Translations under genes and position numbers: made by a program
DNA from: a virus
Strand: one strand, 5' to 3'
DNA length: 64,000 nucleotides
Virus record (IMG/VR): IMGVR_UViG_3300042904_000308
Span: 1-64,000 of that record
Part shown: one piece after another, positions 63,790-64,000 of the stretch
Layout of the letters: every line of letters starts with the position of its first letter
Numbering within the stretch: the stretch's first letter is position 1
The notes under the pieces: model-generated
Seen by the model: the letters and a program-made list of their open reading frames with translations, nothing else
Databases searched by the model: none
What the model was told of the DNA's origin: nothing

Positions 63790-64000
63790 TTATCTTCTCC
63801 GCGTGGTGAACAATTAGATCGACACTTATTCATCCGTCTCGGTTATCGAGAACCCCTCCGCTTCCAGTTCCGTCTCTCGGAACACGTATGCCCTTCCTCC
63901 GCCTACTGGCACGACCGTCACACCCTTACCCCTGCGACGTCGCGCCGTGATGAATGGTGGGTGGATGGCTGCAACGATCCACTCCGTACCATCATTTCGG

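Overview
A 64-kb slice of a GC-rich, probably temperate, long-tailed dsDNA phage (siphovirus). No host genes, rRNA, tRNA or CRISPR array were recognised. Bases 1-21.9 kb (+ strand) hold the late module: tail tube, tail chaperones with a lambda-type -1 frameshift, a ~2200-aa tape measure, two very large decorated tail-tip proteins (Dit-like and Tal-like), a receptor-binding protein, a three-catalytic-domain endolysin and holin-like genes. Bases 22-64 kb (almost all - strand) hold early/middle genes. These include a large serine integrase, an RNA end-repair set (Thg1-like, Rnl1, Rnl2, Pnkp, RlaP-like NTase, RNase AS-like), three secreted envelope proteins, nucleotide metabolism (ThyX, class II RNR, thioredoxin, dNMP kinase, 5'-nucleotidase) and replication/recombination genes (PolA, AEP primase, truncated DnaB, initiator, SSB, SSAP, Cas4-like nuclease, Holliday resolvase). 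The main unexplained signals are: (i) an attP-like inverted repeat inside the 3' end of the integrase gene, upstream of a degron-like -LMAA tail; (ii) a 34-bp conserved asymmetric element in four copies; (iii) apparent genome-wide absence of CCGG, RGATCY, CGATCG, CTCGAG and GGCGCC; (iv) a shared hairpin leader on secreted-protein genes. All family calls come from motif recognition by eye, without database searches.
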